Assembly (NCBI GenBank): GCA_038227875.1
Contig: JBBRPR010000052.1
Location: 1-63,268 of the forward strand
Direction: 5' to 3'
Origin: Planctomycetota bacterium
GTDB lineage: Bacteria; Planctomycetota; SZUA-567; H5-PLA8
DNA: 63,268 nucleotides
In this document: positions 8,573 to 18,734 of the stretch, piece after piece
Layout of the letters: each line of letters opens with the position of its first letter
How positions within the stretch are numbered: the stretch's first letter is position 1
Program-made: the position numbers and the translations under genes
Notes under the pieces: generated by a model
The model's database searches: none
Seen by the model: only the letters and a program-made list of their open reading frames with translations
What the model was told of the DNA's origin: nothing

Positions 8573-10165
8573 TTAAAACCGGAGCGGTTCGAGCACCTGC
8601 CGGCAGAGGCGCTGAATCGGTTCGAAGTAGAAGAAGAGCATCACCAGCGCGCCGCATTTGCACAGCGCCAGCGCGTGGTACGAGAAGGGCGTCGATTCGG
8701 TGGTCGTGATTACTTCTTCGTCAGGCTTGTCGATCACGACAGTCTTCGCCAGCTTCATGTAATAGTAGAGGCTGACGACGGAGTTGATGCCGATGAACAT
8801 GATCATGCCGTAGTGCTTCTGATCGGCGAGTTTCCACATGATCAGGTACTTGCCCATGAATCCACCAAACGGCGGCAGGCCGGTGAGGCTGAAGAGGAAC
8901 GCGCAGAGCGCGGCGCAGAGCACCGGTTCGCGTTGCGCGGCGCCTTTGAGCTGGCGCAGATCCGTGCCGCCGAAGATGTTCTCCAGCGCGACGAGCACCA
9001 CGAACGCGCCCAGATTCATGAAGAGGTAGACGACGAGATAGAAGAGCACCGAGGACGGCCCGTCGGCGGCGCCTTTGCCAACTTCGAGCACGGAAAGTCC
9101 GGCCAGCATGTAACCGGCGTGGGCAATGGACGAATACGCCAGCATGCGCTTGGCATTGGTCTGACCGAGCGCGGCGAGATTGCCGATGGTCATCGTGGCG
9201 ATGGCGATCACGCCGATTACCTGTTCGACGGCGCTGGTCGTCAGCCAGTGGCTCTGGCTGGTGCCGACGGGGAAGAACGCGCAGACGGCGCGGATCAGCA
9301 CGGCAAAGCCGGCGGCTTTCGGTACGACGCTGAAGAAACCCGTCGCAGTGGTCGGCGCGCCTTCGTAGACATCCGGCGACCAGTAGTGAAACGGAACGGC
9401 CGCAATCTTGTAGAGGAACCCGGCGAAGACCATGGCCAGCACCGCGACCAGGCCGCCGCGGGAACCGTGTTCGAGCGTCTGCTGGAATCCGCCGAGTTGC
9501 GCGGCGATGCCGTTCTCGCCGTACATATTGAGCGTGCCGGTCATGCCGTAGAGATACGACATGCCGAAGATCATGATGCCCGAAGCCATCGCGCCGTAGA
9601 TCACGTACTTGATGCCCGCTTCGGCCGATTTGCGGTCGCGGCGCAGGAAGCCGGCCATCGCGTAGCTGACAATCGAGAGCGACTCCAGCGAGAGGTAAAT
9701 CATCAACAGGTTCGTCGAGGAAGCCAGGAACATGCCGCCGACGCAGACGGCGACGAGCAGCAGGTAGAACTCGCCGTGGTTTTTGCCGAAGAGTTCGCGC
9801 GCGTGAATCGAGAGCAGTAGCGAAGCGATGGTGCCGAGGATAACGATGAATTTGAAGAACGTGCCGAAGTGATCGTAGACCACCATGCCCTGGAAAATCG
9901 ACAGTTGCTGCATCGAATGTAATGCGCTTTCGCCGGTCTTGTCCTTGAGCAGGTCGACGAAATGCTGGTTCTGCTGCACGTTCAGCCAGAGCGCCATGAT
10001 CAAGCCAACGATGCAGATGTACGCGGTGCTGCGGCGGCGGTGGTGCGGCACGGCAAAGTCAAAAATCAGCGCCAGGATGAACGTGGCGATCACCATCATC
10101 TCCGGGAGGATGTATTGAAACTGCTGGAGATTCTGGTTCAGTATGCTTTCAAAACCTGCGGGCAT
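8573..10165 (-). CDS. nuoN: NADH-quinone oxidoreductase subunit N
   Basis: SAEAGIKY, KIAAVPFHYWSPDVYEGAPT, KRMLAYSSIAHAGY, GLPPFGGFMGK. Confidence 0.95.
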   Translation of the reverse strand: MPAGFESILNQNLQQFQYILPEMMVIATFILALIFDFAVPHHRRRSTAYICIVGLIMALWLNVQQNQHFVDLLKDKTGESALHSMQQLSIFQGMVVYDHFGTFFKFIVILGTIASLLLSIHARELFGKNHGEFYLLLVAVCVGGMFLASSTNLLMIYLSLESLSIVSYAMAGFLRRDRKSAEAGIKYVIYGAMASGIMIFGMSYLYGMTGTLNMYGENGIAAQLGGFQQTLEHGSRGGLVAVLAMVFAGFLYKIAAVPFHYWSPDVYEGAPTTATGFFSVVPKAAGFAVLIRAVCAFFPVGTSQSHWLTTSAVEQVIGVIAIATMTIGNLAALGQTNAKRMLAYSSIAHAGYMLAGLSVLEVGKGAADGPSSVLFYLVVYLFMNLGAFVVLVALENIFGGTDLRQLKGAAQREPVLCAALCAFLFSLTGLPPFGGFMGKYLIMWKLADQKHYGMIMFIGINSVVSLYYYMKLAKTVVIDKPDEEVITTTESTPFSYHALALCKCGALVMLFFYFEPIQRLCRQVLEPLRF

Positions 10166-10222
10166 TTTCGTTCACCTTGGAGTTCGTAAATCCGCCGTCA
10201 GCGCGTTCCTGTTCCGGACCAT

Positions 10223-12193
10223 TCAACGCGTTGCGGTTTCCTCGATCTTTGCCGGCGCGTCGGCGTGGACTGCTGCCGCAGTCACCGCTGCGGCGGGTAC
10301 GGGCGAAACCTTCACGGCGGCCGACTTCGTCGCCGTGCGTTCGGCATCGTCGATGCCGACGCTGGCCAGCACGTGCTGCTGTGTGGATTCCACGGACTTC
10401 TGCGTCATGTTGATCAGCGGCTTGGGGTACACGCCCAGCGCGATCACCACGATCACCAGCGGGATCAAGGTGAACAGTTCGCGCGAGTTGACGTCGGCGT
10501 AGCCCTTGTACTTTTCGTTCAGCGGTCCGAAGAAAACGCGCTGCATCATCCACAGCAGGTAACCGGCCGTGAGCACCACGCCGAAGGCGGAGATGATCGT
10601 CATCGACTGAAAGGACATTGCGATCATCGACTTGCCCATGCCGCCGATGTTGGAATTGAACGCGCCGAGGAAGACCAGGATTTCGCTGATGAAACCCGAC
10701 AGCCCCGGCAGTCCCATCGACGCGAAGAGCGCGACGGTCATCAGCGCGGTGTAGACGGGCAACTGCGCCGCGAGTCCGCCGAACTTGTTGACGTCGCGAT
10801 GATGCGCGCGGTCGTAAATCACGCCGACCAGCAAGAACATCATGCTCGTCGAGGTGCCGTGGTTGAACATCTGCAGGATCGAACCGGTCATGCCCTGATC
10901 GGTCAGCGAGGCCAGCCCCAGCATGCAGTAACCCATGTGCGAGACGGAGGAGTAGGCGACGATCTTCTTCAAGTCTGTCTGCGCCATCGCGCAACAGGCG
11001 CCGTAGATGATGTTGAGCACGCCCAGCATGGCAATCGGTACAGCGAAGTAAACGGCCGCGGTGGGGAAGATCGGGTACGCGATGCGGAAGAAACCGTAGA
11101 CACCCATCTTCAGCAGGATGCCGGCCAGGATCACGGAGATCGCGGTAGGGGCTTCCACGTGCGCCCAAGGCAACCACGTATGGAAGGGGAAGACCGGCAC
11201 CTTGATCGCAAAGGCGATGTAGAGGAAAACGAACATCAGCCCCGCGAATCCGAATTCGCGGCCAAAGAGCGTGAACTTGCCGAGGTAGAGCGGGTAGCGC
11301 GCCCTTAGTTGCATCAGGTCGAACGTGCGGTCGAGCGGCAGCGCGGCAACCGCGTCGTCGATATTCTGACCGGCATCTTTGAGCTTCTTGACGTCCGAGA
11401 ATTTCTGAATGTACGCGCGCAACGACTTGATCTGCGCCTCCTGGAACGTCGGCGAGTCAAAATTAGGCAAATCGACACTGTGGCTCAGCAGTGACGCTTC
11501 GATTTCCGCTTCCGAAGCGTTGGGCTTGGCCTTCAATTCTTCCAGCACGCCGACGTGCTGTTCGTAAACAGCCAGTTTCGCCTGAGCGACGTGTTCGGGC
11601 ATGTCGCCGGAGTAGCGGCCGTCCGACCAGTACCATCCCGCTAGCAGCGCGACGAGCATCAGCACCGAGCCGGCCATTGTGTAGAGGAAGAACTTGATCG
11701 CCGCGTAGACGCGCTTGGGTCCGCCCCACACGCCGATCAGGAAGTACATCGGCAGCAGCATCACTTCCCAGAAGACGTAGAAGAGGAAGAAGTCAAGCGC
11801 GCAGAAGACGCCGTTCATGCCGGCCAGCAGCATCAGGATCAGTGCGAAGTAGCCCTTGATCTGTTTTTCGATGCCCCAGCTGGCCACGACTGAGATGAAG
11901 CCGACCAACCCGGAGAGCACCACCATCGGAGCCGAGATGCCGTCCATGCCCAGCTTGTAATACACGTTCAGGCTGCGGATCCAGACATGGTTTTCGTAGT
12001 AGTGAATCTTGCCGTCATCGTTGAACGTGAAGAACATGTAGATGCCGATGAACAGCGGCACCGCCGCGGCGGCCGACGCGATGGTCTTGATGATGTCGGC
12101 GCGCTTGGACGGCACGCAGAGGATCGCGAACATCCCCAGCACCGGCGCGAACACAAACAGAGAGAGCAACGGCATGCTACTTACCTGATCCAC
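10223..12193 (-). CDS. nuoM: NADH-quinone oxidoreductase subunit M
   Basis: FWEVMLLPMYFLIGVWG, KVPVFPFHTWLPWAHVEAPT, AYSSVSHMG. Confidence 0.95.
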   Translation of the reverse strand: MDQVSSMPLLSLFVFAPVLGMFAILCVPSKRADIIKTIASAAAAVPLFIGIYMFFTFNDDGKIHYYENHVWIRSLNVYYKLGMDGISAPMVVLSGLVGFISVVASWGIEKQIKGYFALILMLLAGMNGVFCALDFFLFYVFWEVMLLPMYFLIGVWGGPKRVYAAIKFFLYTMAGSVLMLVALLAGWYWSDGRYSGDMPEHVAQAKLAVYEQHVGVLEELKAKPNASEAEIEASLLSHSVDLPNFDSPTFQEAQIKSLRAYIQKFSDVKKLKDAGQNIDDAVAALPLDRTFDLMQLRARYPLYLGKFTLFGREFGFAGLMFVFLYIAFAIKVPVFPFHTWLPWAHVEAPTAISVILAGILLKMGVYGFFRIAYPIFPTAAVYFAVPIAMLGVLNIIYGACCAMAQTDLKKIVAYSSVSHMGYCMLGLASLTDQGMTGSILQMFNHGTSTSMMFLLVGVIYDRAHHRDVNKFGGLAAQLPVYTALMTVALFASMGLPGLSGFISEILVFLGAFNSNIGGMGKSMIAMSFQSMTIISAFGVVLTAGYLLWMMQRVFFGPLNEKYKGYADVNSRELFTLIPLVIVVIALGVYPKPLINMTQKSVESTQQHVLASVGIDDAERTATKSAAVKVSPVPAAAVTAAAVHADAPAKIEETATR

Positions 12194-12252
12194 GATTTTA
12201 CTCCAGTTGAGTGACTGACCGACCTCAAACCTTTTTGAGCTGAACGTCTACT

Positions 12253-14562
12253 TTAAGGGAACGCGAGCATGATTCCGATCAACAACAGTGCAGCCACGCC
12301 AAACGTGACGCAGACGTAAAACTGAATCCGGCCCACTTGCAGCGAACGGGCGATGGCGCCAAAGATCCACGTCACCCATCCGAACGCGTCCACCATCTTG
12401 TCGACGACCCAATTATCCACCGTCGCCGCGCCGCGCGACCAGATCTTGACCACCGTCGCCGTGCTGTCGACCGTCGCGTCGACGACTTTGGAGTCAAACC
12501 ACGAGCAGGCGTTATTGAAAACCTTGAACGCCGGCACGATGCCATCTTGATAGAGCCGGTCGAAGAACCAGAGCTGGCTGAAAAGGCTATACGCCAGCGA
12601 GAGCGGCGCGATCTTCAAGAGATTGTCGGGATTCACCGCGCGCTTGATGTACATCAGGAACGCCGTGCCCAATCCGAGCAGCACCATCAACAGCGACAGA
12701 CCCGTGGCCATCAAATGAGCTTTGTGGTGGCGGTGATGTTCTTCTTCCAGTTCCGCGGCTTCTGGCGGATGCGCAGTACCTTCCGCCGTGCGCGGCAGCA
12801 CGGTTGAGGGCGAAATCATGTACGCGTCGAGCCAGCCTTTTTTCACATCGGCGACTTCGACTTCTTCGCCCTTGGCTTCGAACTGAGTCGTCGTCACGGA
12901 AACGCCCGGCATCGGGACGATGTCGCCGCCGATCAAGTGACCGCTCCACCAGAACCCGAGGCACAGCGTCGCCAGCACCATCAGCGGCACCGTGGCGAGG
13001 GCGGGGGACTCGTGCGCGTGGTCGTAGATTTCCTTGTCGCGCGGTTCGCCGTAGAAGGTCATGAAAATCAGGCGGAACATATAGAAGGTGGTCAGTCCGG
13101 CCGTCACCACGCCGAGGACGAACGGAATCCAGTGCAGTCCGCCCATCTCCATCGCGCGCGCCAGCGAGCCGGCCAGAATCGCGTCCTTGGAATAGAACCC
13201 GCTGAAGAACGGCACGCCGGAAATCGCCAGCGTTCCCACCAGCATCGCCAGATGCGTGATTGGCATCTTCTTGCGCAGTCCGCCGAAGCGGTTCATGTCC
13301 TGCAGATGATGGCAGGCGTGAATCACGGAGCCGGCGCAGAGGAAGAGCATGCATTTGAAAATCGCGTGTGTGTAAAGATGGGCGATGCCAGCCGTGTAAG
13401 CTCCGGCGCCCAGCGCGATCATCATGTAGCCGAGCTGCGAAATCGTCGAGTAGGCGAGGACGGCCTTGATGTCCCATTGCACCAGCGCCATCGTCGCCGC
13501 CAGGAACGCGGTGATGCCGCCGATGATCGCGACGAAGAAGAGCGAACCGTTGGTCAGCAGCGGGGAGATGCGCGCGGTCATGTACACACCGGCGGCCACC
13601 ATCGTTGCGGCATGGATGATCGAAGAACCCGTCGTCGGACCCTGCATGGCGTCGGGCAGCCACGTGTGGAGCGGGAACTGCGCCGACTTACCCATCGCGC
13701 CCATAAAGGTGAACATGCCCGCCAGCGTCAGCAGCGTCGTGCCGCTCATGCCCAGCAGCGTCACCTGGTCGAACACGTGATGCACGCGGACAGCGTCGTA
13801 GAGCGTGGTGAAATTCAGCGGACCGTGCGTCCAATCATACTTCTGGTTGCCCGGCATCTTGGCGGCCGTCAGCATCACGGTGAAGAAGATGCCGATGCCG
13901 ATCGCGAATCCGAAGTCGCCGATGCGGTTCATCACGAACGCTTTTTTCTGCGCGTGAGCCGGGGAAAGCATCCGTTCGTCGATGCCCGTTGCGTACGAGG
14001 CTTTCAGTTCCTGGTAATGATGGTCCTTGGCGACCGGCGGCTTGTAGAACCAGAAGCCGATCAGGAAGTAGCTGCCCAGTCCGACCAGTTCCCAGAAGAC
14101 GTACGTCATCAGCAGATTGTTGGAAAGCACAATGCCGAGCATGGCGAAGCAGAAGAAACACATGAAGCCGAAGTAGCGGCGGTACATCGTGTCGCCGTCC
14201 ATGTAAAACATGGAGTAGATGAGCACCAGCGACGCCAGCCCGGTTACGACCATGCACATGAACGACGAAAGACTGTCGATCAGGAATCCCATCTGCAGAT
14301 CGACGGAGCCCAGTGTAATCCACGAGAACGAGTAGACGATCGGATCGGATGCCGCGGTCACGCCTTTGACGCTGACGCTCATGGTGAAGAGCGCAATCGA
14401 CAGACAGAACGAGACGAACATCGCCATCGTCGCGATCTTGTCGGCCTTCTTGTCGAGGTGCTTGCCGAAGAACAGGATCACGGCAAAGGCGGCCAGCGGG
14501 ATCAGCAGAATCCCCGTGGCAAGCGCGGTACAGATATGCACAGTTTCAATCGATGTCGGCAC
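12253..14562 (-). CDS. nuoL: NADH-quinone oxidoreductase subunit L
   Basis: WELVGLGSYFLIGFW, NRIGD, GKSAQFPLHTWLPDAMQGPT, HAATMVAAG, FYSKDAIL. Confidence 0.95.
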   Translation of the reverse strand: MPTSIETVHICTALATGILLIPLAAFAVILFFGKHLDKKADKIATMAMFVSFCLSIALFTMSVSVKGVTAASDPIVYSFSWITLGSVDLQMGFLIDSLSSFMCMVVTGLASLVLIYSMFYMDGDTMYRRYFGFMCFFCFAMLGIVLSNNLLMTYVFWELVGLGSYFLIGFWFYKPPVAKDHHYQELKASYATGIDERMLSPAHAQKKAFVMNRIGDFGFAIGIGIFFTVMLTAAKMPGNQKYDWTHGPLNFTTLYDAVRVHHVFDQVTLLGMSGTTLLTLAGMFTFMGAMGKSAQFPLHTWLPDAMQGPTTGSSIIHAATMVAAGVYMTARISPLLTNGSLFFVAIIGGITAFLAATMALVQWDIKAVLAYSTISQLGYMMIALGAGAYTAGIAHLYTHAIFKCMLFLCAGSVIHACHHLQDMNRFGGLRKKMPITHLAMLVGTLAISGVPFFSGFYSKDAILAGSLARAMEMGGLHWIPFVLGVVTAGLTTFYMFRLIFMTFYGEPRDKEIYDHAHESPALATVPLMVLATLCLGFWWSGHLIGGDIVPMPGVSVTTTQFEAKGEEVEVADVKKGWLDAYMISPSTVLPRTAEGTAHPPEAAELEEEHHRHHKAHLMATGLSLLMVLLGLGTAFLMYIKRAVNPDNLLKIAPLSLAYSLFSQLWFFDRLYQDGIVPAFKVFNNACSWFDSKVVDATVDSTATVVKIWSRGAATVDNWVVDKMVDAFGWVTWIFGAIARSLQVGRIQFYVCVTFGVAALLLIGIMLAFP

Positions 14563-14613
14563 GTTTCTTCAGGCTCTCGGTTTCTACGCGTCACACACGA
14601 ACAAATCGGTCAA

Positions 14614-14955
14614 CTACATCTGCATTTCGTCGACTTCATCCAGCGAAATCGTGCGATGGGTCTGGAACACCGCCAGCACCAGCGCCAGCGCCACCGCGGC
14701 TTCCGCCGCGGCGAGCACAATGATAAACAGTGTGAAAATCTGGCCGTCCAACTGGTTGCCGCCGACCTTGTCGTGGCCGAAACGGGCGAAGGCCACGAAG
14801 TTGATGCCCGCCGCGTTTAAAATCAGTTCCACGCCCATCAGGATGCCGACCGCGTTGCGGCGGCTGATCATCGCGAAAATCCCGCAGGCAAACAGCAGCG
14901 CAGCGAGAATCAAGTAGTTGGACAGGCCATCGGGGCCCTTGGCAAACTCAAACAT
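14614..14955 (-). CDS. nuoK: NADH-quinone oxidoreductase subunit K
   Basis: RRNAVGILMGVELILNA, AAAEAAVALA. Confidence 0.95.
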   Translation of the reverse strand: MFEFAKGPDGLSNYLILAALLFACGIFAMISRRNAVGILMGVELILNAAGINFVAFARFGHDKVGGNQLDGQIFTLFIIVLAAAEAAVALALVLAVFQTHRTISLDEVDEMQM

Positions 14956-14979
14956 CGCGTGAAACGCCTCCGACCTTCT

Positions 14980-15534
14980 TTAGTTCAACTCTTTACGCAC
15001 GATCACCACCGCGCCGATCAACGCCGCGAGCAGCAGGACCGACACGACTTCAAACGGAAGTAAGTACTGCCCCATCAAGTAATGGCCCAGCCCGTACGCG
15101 GTGCCGTCGATGGTGAAAGCAAACGGGGTGAGCGCATTGACGTTGGCCGTTGCCAGCGGGCCGGTGAAGACGCCGTCCAATTTCGGTCCCGTCAGCCGCA
15201 CGCCGATCAACACAATCGCGCCGAAAATCGCCAGTGCTGCGCCGCCTCCGGCGGCCATTGCCAGCTTGCTGCGTCCCTTTTCGGCCGTGTCTTCCACCAC
15301 ATTGGATGAAAACATCACCGCGAACATGATCAGAACGAGGATGCCGCCGACGTAAACGATCAACTGAACCGCCGCTACAAAGTCTGCGTGCAACAAGACG
15401 TAGATGCCCGCGACGCCTAGAAACGTCAGGCACAATCCGAAGGCTGCGTGCAGGATGTTGCGCGACGTGACCACGAAGATCGAACTACCCGCCGTCAACA
15501 GCGCAACCGCCCAGAAAACGATGTTGGCAATCAT
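14980..15534 (-). CDS. nuoJ: NADH-quinone oxidoreductase subunit J
   Basis: AVQLIVYVGGILVLIMFAVM, YLLPFEVVSVLLLAALIGAV; start moved to MIANIV at 15534. Confidence 0.93.
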   Translation of the reverse strand: MIANIVFWAVALLTAGSSIFVVTSRNILHAAFGLCLTFLGVAGIYVLLHADFVAAVQLIVYVGGILVLIMFAVMFSSNVVEDTAEKGRSKLAMAAGGGAALAIFGAIVLIGVRLTGPKLDGVFTGPLATANVNALTPFAFTIDGTAYGLGHYLMGQYLLPFEVVSVLLLAALIGAVVIVRKELN

Positions 15535-16099
15535 AGGAAACCTGAACCCAAAACAACTCCAGCGCCCGGCTGATTTTGAAAGCCTCAGCGCGAGACTCCT
15601 GCTCGTGGCGAACACGCGAAGGTGGCTACTATACCGACACGTGTGCGTCTGGCAAGGAAGGGTGCGAAATTCCGGGCACTTTGGACATTCCCGTTCGACG
15701 AATCCCACAGCGATACTCAGAATTTGGGCGCAGACCCCGTTGCCTGAACGCCTTTCAATTCAAGGCCAGAACGCTCGATCCCTGCATAAACAAGGTGCAG
15801 CGTGGCTCCAAACTTGCACCACACCTATCGGACCGGTCATACGAGATCGCGCGCCGGGCCAGCGCCGCTGAATCTGGAGCTATTCATCTGTGCATGAATC
15901 ATAATCAGTCAGCTCGCACCAAGCCGGGCATTTGAGGATTGATGAGTAGAAATAGACTTTTCGTAAAGAATCGCTGCCCACGGTCTCGCGCGTCGTGGCT
16001 GATATTTCAGCTCCGCGTGCAGTCTCGTTGATTTTCTCGAACCCGGTTATTTTCGGGGCCACACATTGATTCCCTCACACATCAAGTCAAAGGGCAGGC

Positions 16100-18238
16100 A
16101 TGATTCCAATTCAGCCGTTTGAGTCGAATCCCGAACTCACATCATCGCCCACTGCGCTGGCGCTGACGCCGCACGCCGCTCGAAAAGCCCGCTTCTTCGA
16201 TGTCAATGTCTTCGACAGCGCGGACCAGGGCTTGAGTTTCATCGAAAGCATTCTTGAATCGTCCACCGAGTATTCAATCATCGGCAAGGACCTCGACGGC
16301 AAAATTCAGCTCTGGAACGAAGGAGCCCGGCGCAATTACGGGTACGAGCCGGAAGAAGTTCTGGGCCGCATCAATTCGTCCGTTCTACACACGCCCGAAG
16401 ATGTCGCCGCGGGCAGACATCTGTTGATGTTGAGCCGTGCGATGGATACGGGCAAATGGGAAGGCAATATCGTACGCCTGCGCAAGAACGGTGAGCGTTT
16501 CAACGAACATGTCGTCATCACACCCCGCCGCGATACCAGCCATCAGCCCATTGGTTACTTGCTGATTTCCAAGGACATCACTGCCGACCTTCAAGCCGAT
16601 CAGAAAATCGAAACGCTGGAACAGCAGGCACGCAACCTGGCGCGCAACGTGGAGTCCGTACGCCAGAAGACGCTGATGCAATCCAACGAACGCATCGAAG
16701 CGCTGGAACAGAAAGCGCGCGATATGGCGTGGTTTGTTGAAACGACGCGTCAGCAGACGCTGCTGCAGTCCGACAAGAAGATTGAAGCTCTGGAACAGAA
16801 AGCTCGCGACCTGGCCGACTTCGTGGAAACCCTGCAACACCAGACGCGCGTGCAATCGGAAATTGAAATTGAAGCGCTGGGTCAGAAAGCGCGGGACCTG
16901 GCACTGTTCGTCGAGAACGCGCGCAAAGAAACGCGGCTGCAATCCGAAACGGAAATCGCCGCACTGGGGCAGAAAGCGCGCGACCTGGCCATCTCCGTGG
17001 AGAGCGTGCGCGAAAAAACGCTGCTGCAGTCGGACAATGAAATCGCCACGCTCGGCCAGAAGGCCCGCGACCTGGCGCTCTTCGTCGAAGGTGTGCGCAA
17101 GGAAACCCGCCTGCAATCGGAGAGCGAAATTGCATCGCTGGGCCAGAAAGCGCGGGACCTGGCCGTCTCCGTCGAGACGGTGCGCGAAAAAACGATGCTA
17201 CAGTCGGATTCCGAAATCGCATCACTGGGCCAGCAGGCCCGCGACCTGGCCGTCTCCGTCGAAACCGTGCGCGAAAAGACGCTCCAGGAATCCGACAGCG
17301 AAATCGCCACGCTCGGTCAGCAGGCGCGAGACCTGGCGGTCTCCGTGGAGACCGAACGCGAAGAGACGCTTTTGCAATCGGACACGGAAATCGAAACGCT
17401 CAAACGCCAGGCGCGCAACCTGGCGCTGTCGGTTGAAAAGTCGCGCATCGAGACGCTCCTGGCCTCGGACAAGGTCACCCGCAAACTCAACGAAGAGCTC
17501 GAACAGCGCGTCCTGGAACGCACCGGCCAGCTCGAGGCCGCGAACAAGGAACTCGAAGCCTTTTCCTATTCCGTGTCGCACGATCTGCGCGCGCCGCTGC
17601 GCGCCATTGACGGCTTCTCCCGCATCGTGATGGAAGAGCACGCCGCGTTGCTGCCCAAGGAAGGCAAGGCGTATCTCAAGTTGGTACGCGACAACACCAA
17701 GCAGATGGCGCAGCTGGTCGACGACCTGCTGGCGTTCTCGCGTCTCAGCCGGCTGGCGCTCACGCGTCAGACCATCAACCCGGCCAGGATGGTGCGCCGC
17801 TGCCTGCAGGAACTTCAGGCCGAGCAGACCGGCCGGCAGATTGAAATTCGAGTTGGCGAGATGCCCTCCTGTCAGGGCGACCCAACGCTGCTGAAGCAGG
17901 TCTGGACCAACCTGCTCTCCAACGCTTTGAAATACACGCGCAAGTGCGACGTCGCGCGCATCGAGATTGGCTGCCGCACGCAGCCGCGGACGGAGGCATC
18001 CGGAGCGTGCGTTGATTCGGAGAACGTCTTTTTCATCAAGGACAACGGCGCCGGCTTCGACATGAAGTACGCCCACAAGCTCTTCGGCGTTTTTCAGCGG
18101 CTGCACCGCGCCGCCGATTACGACGGCACCGGTGTCGGGCTGGCGATCGTGCAGCGCATCATTCACCGCCATGGCGGCCGGGTCTGGGGCGAAGCGCAGG
18201 TAAATCAAGGCGCAACTTTTTCTTTCACCCTGGAATGA
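16100..18238 (+). CDS. Soluble PAS sensor histidine kinase with a long repetitive helical linker
   Basis: PAS (WNEGA..YGY..EEVLG, KDIT); H-box ELEAFSYSVSHDLRAPLR; NLLSNALKY, DNGAGF, GTGVGLA. Confidence 0.93.
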   Translation: MIPIQPFESNPELTSSPTALALTPHAARKARFFDVNVFDSADQGLSFIESILESSTEYSIIGKDLDGKIQLWNEGARRNYGYEPEEVLGRINSSVLHTPEDVAAGRHLLMLSRAMDTGKWEGNIVRLRKNGERFNEHVVITPRRDTSHQPIGYLLISKDITADLQADQKIETLEQQARNLARNVESVRQKTLMQSNERIEALEQKARDMAWFVETTRQQTLLQSDKKIEALEQKARDLADFVETLQHQTRVQSEIEIEALGQKARDLALFVENARKETRLQSETEIAALGQKARDLAISVESVREKTLLQSDNEIATLGQKARDLALFVEGVRKETRLQSESEIASLGQKARDLAVSVETVREKTMLQSDSEIASLGQQARDLAVSVETVREKTLQESDSEIATLGQQARDLAVSVETEREETLLQSDTEIETLKRQARNLALSVEKSRIETLLASDKVTRKLNEELEQRVLERTGQLEAANKELEAFSYSVSHDLRAPLRAIDGFSRIVMEEHAALLPKEGKAYLKLVRDNTKQMAQLVDDLLAFSRLSRLALTRQTINPARMVRRCLQELQAEQTGRQIEIRVGEMPSCQGDPTLLKQVWTNLLSNALKYTRKCDVARIEIGCRTQPRTEASGACVDSENVFFIKDNGAGFDMKYAHKLFGVFQRLHRAADYDGTGVGLAIVQRIIHRHGGRVWGEAQVNQGATFSFTLE
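16598..17467 (+). repeat. Ten in-frame 87-bp (29-aa) tandem repeats
   Basis: Unit approximately D.EI..LGQKARDLA.SVE.VRE.TLLQS; 10 x 87 = 870 bp spans 16598-17467 exactly. Confidence 0.95.
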
Positions 18239-18249
18239 GGATCGGTTCG

Positions 18250-18711
18250 ATGAACGACAAGACCATTGAAATTCTGCTCGTCGAGGACAACCCGAACGAC
18301 GAAATGCTGGCGCTTCACGCCTTCAAAAAGCACAACCTCGCCAACCAGATCCACGTCGTCCGCGACGGCGCCGAAGCGCTGGAATTCATCTTCTGCACCG
18401 GCGCTTATGCCACGCGGCAGTTCGAAAATCCGCGCCTGGTGCTGCTGGATAAAAAATTGCCGTTCGTGGACGGCATGGAAGTGCTGCGCCAGCTCCGCGC
18501 CGACCCGCGCACCCATCTTATCCCCGTGGTCATGCTCACGTCCTCGGCTGAAGAGCGCGACATCGTTGAAAGCTACAAGCTGGGCGTCAACAGCTACATC
18601 GTCAAGCCGGTGGACTTCGAACAGTTCAGCGAGACGGCGCGGCAATTGGGCTACTACTGGTTGCTCATCAACAAGCAGCCCGTCAGCACAGTCGAACTTC
18701 CCCCGAATTAG
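18250..18711 (+). CDS. Single-domain response regulator (Rcp1-like)
   Basis: ILLVEDNPND, LVLLD, LTSS, NSYIVKPVDF. Confidence 0.92.
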   Translation: MNDKTIEILLVEDNPNDEMLALHAFKKHNLANQIHVVRDGAEALEFIFCTGAYATRQFENPRLVLLDKKLPFVDGMEVLRQLRADPRTHLIPVVMLTSSAEERDIVESYKLGVNSYIVKPVDFEQFSETARQLGYYWLLINKQPVSTVELPPN

Positions 18712-18734
18712 ACCCGTCACCGAGGCATCTGTCC

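Noticed and set aside
8357..14820. Long plus-strand ORFs (8357-9820, 10265-11308, 12937-14820)
   Set aside because: Antisense shadows of high-GC nuo genes, with no recognisable motifs.
16598..17467. Possible CRISPR array
   Set aside because: The repeats are in-frame coding units with no unique spacers, and there are no cas genes.
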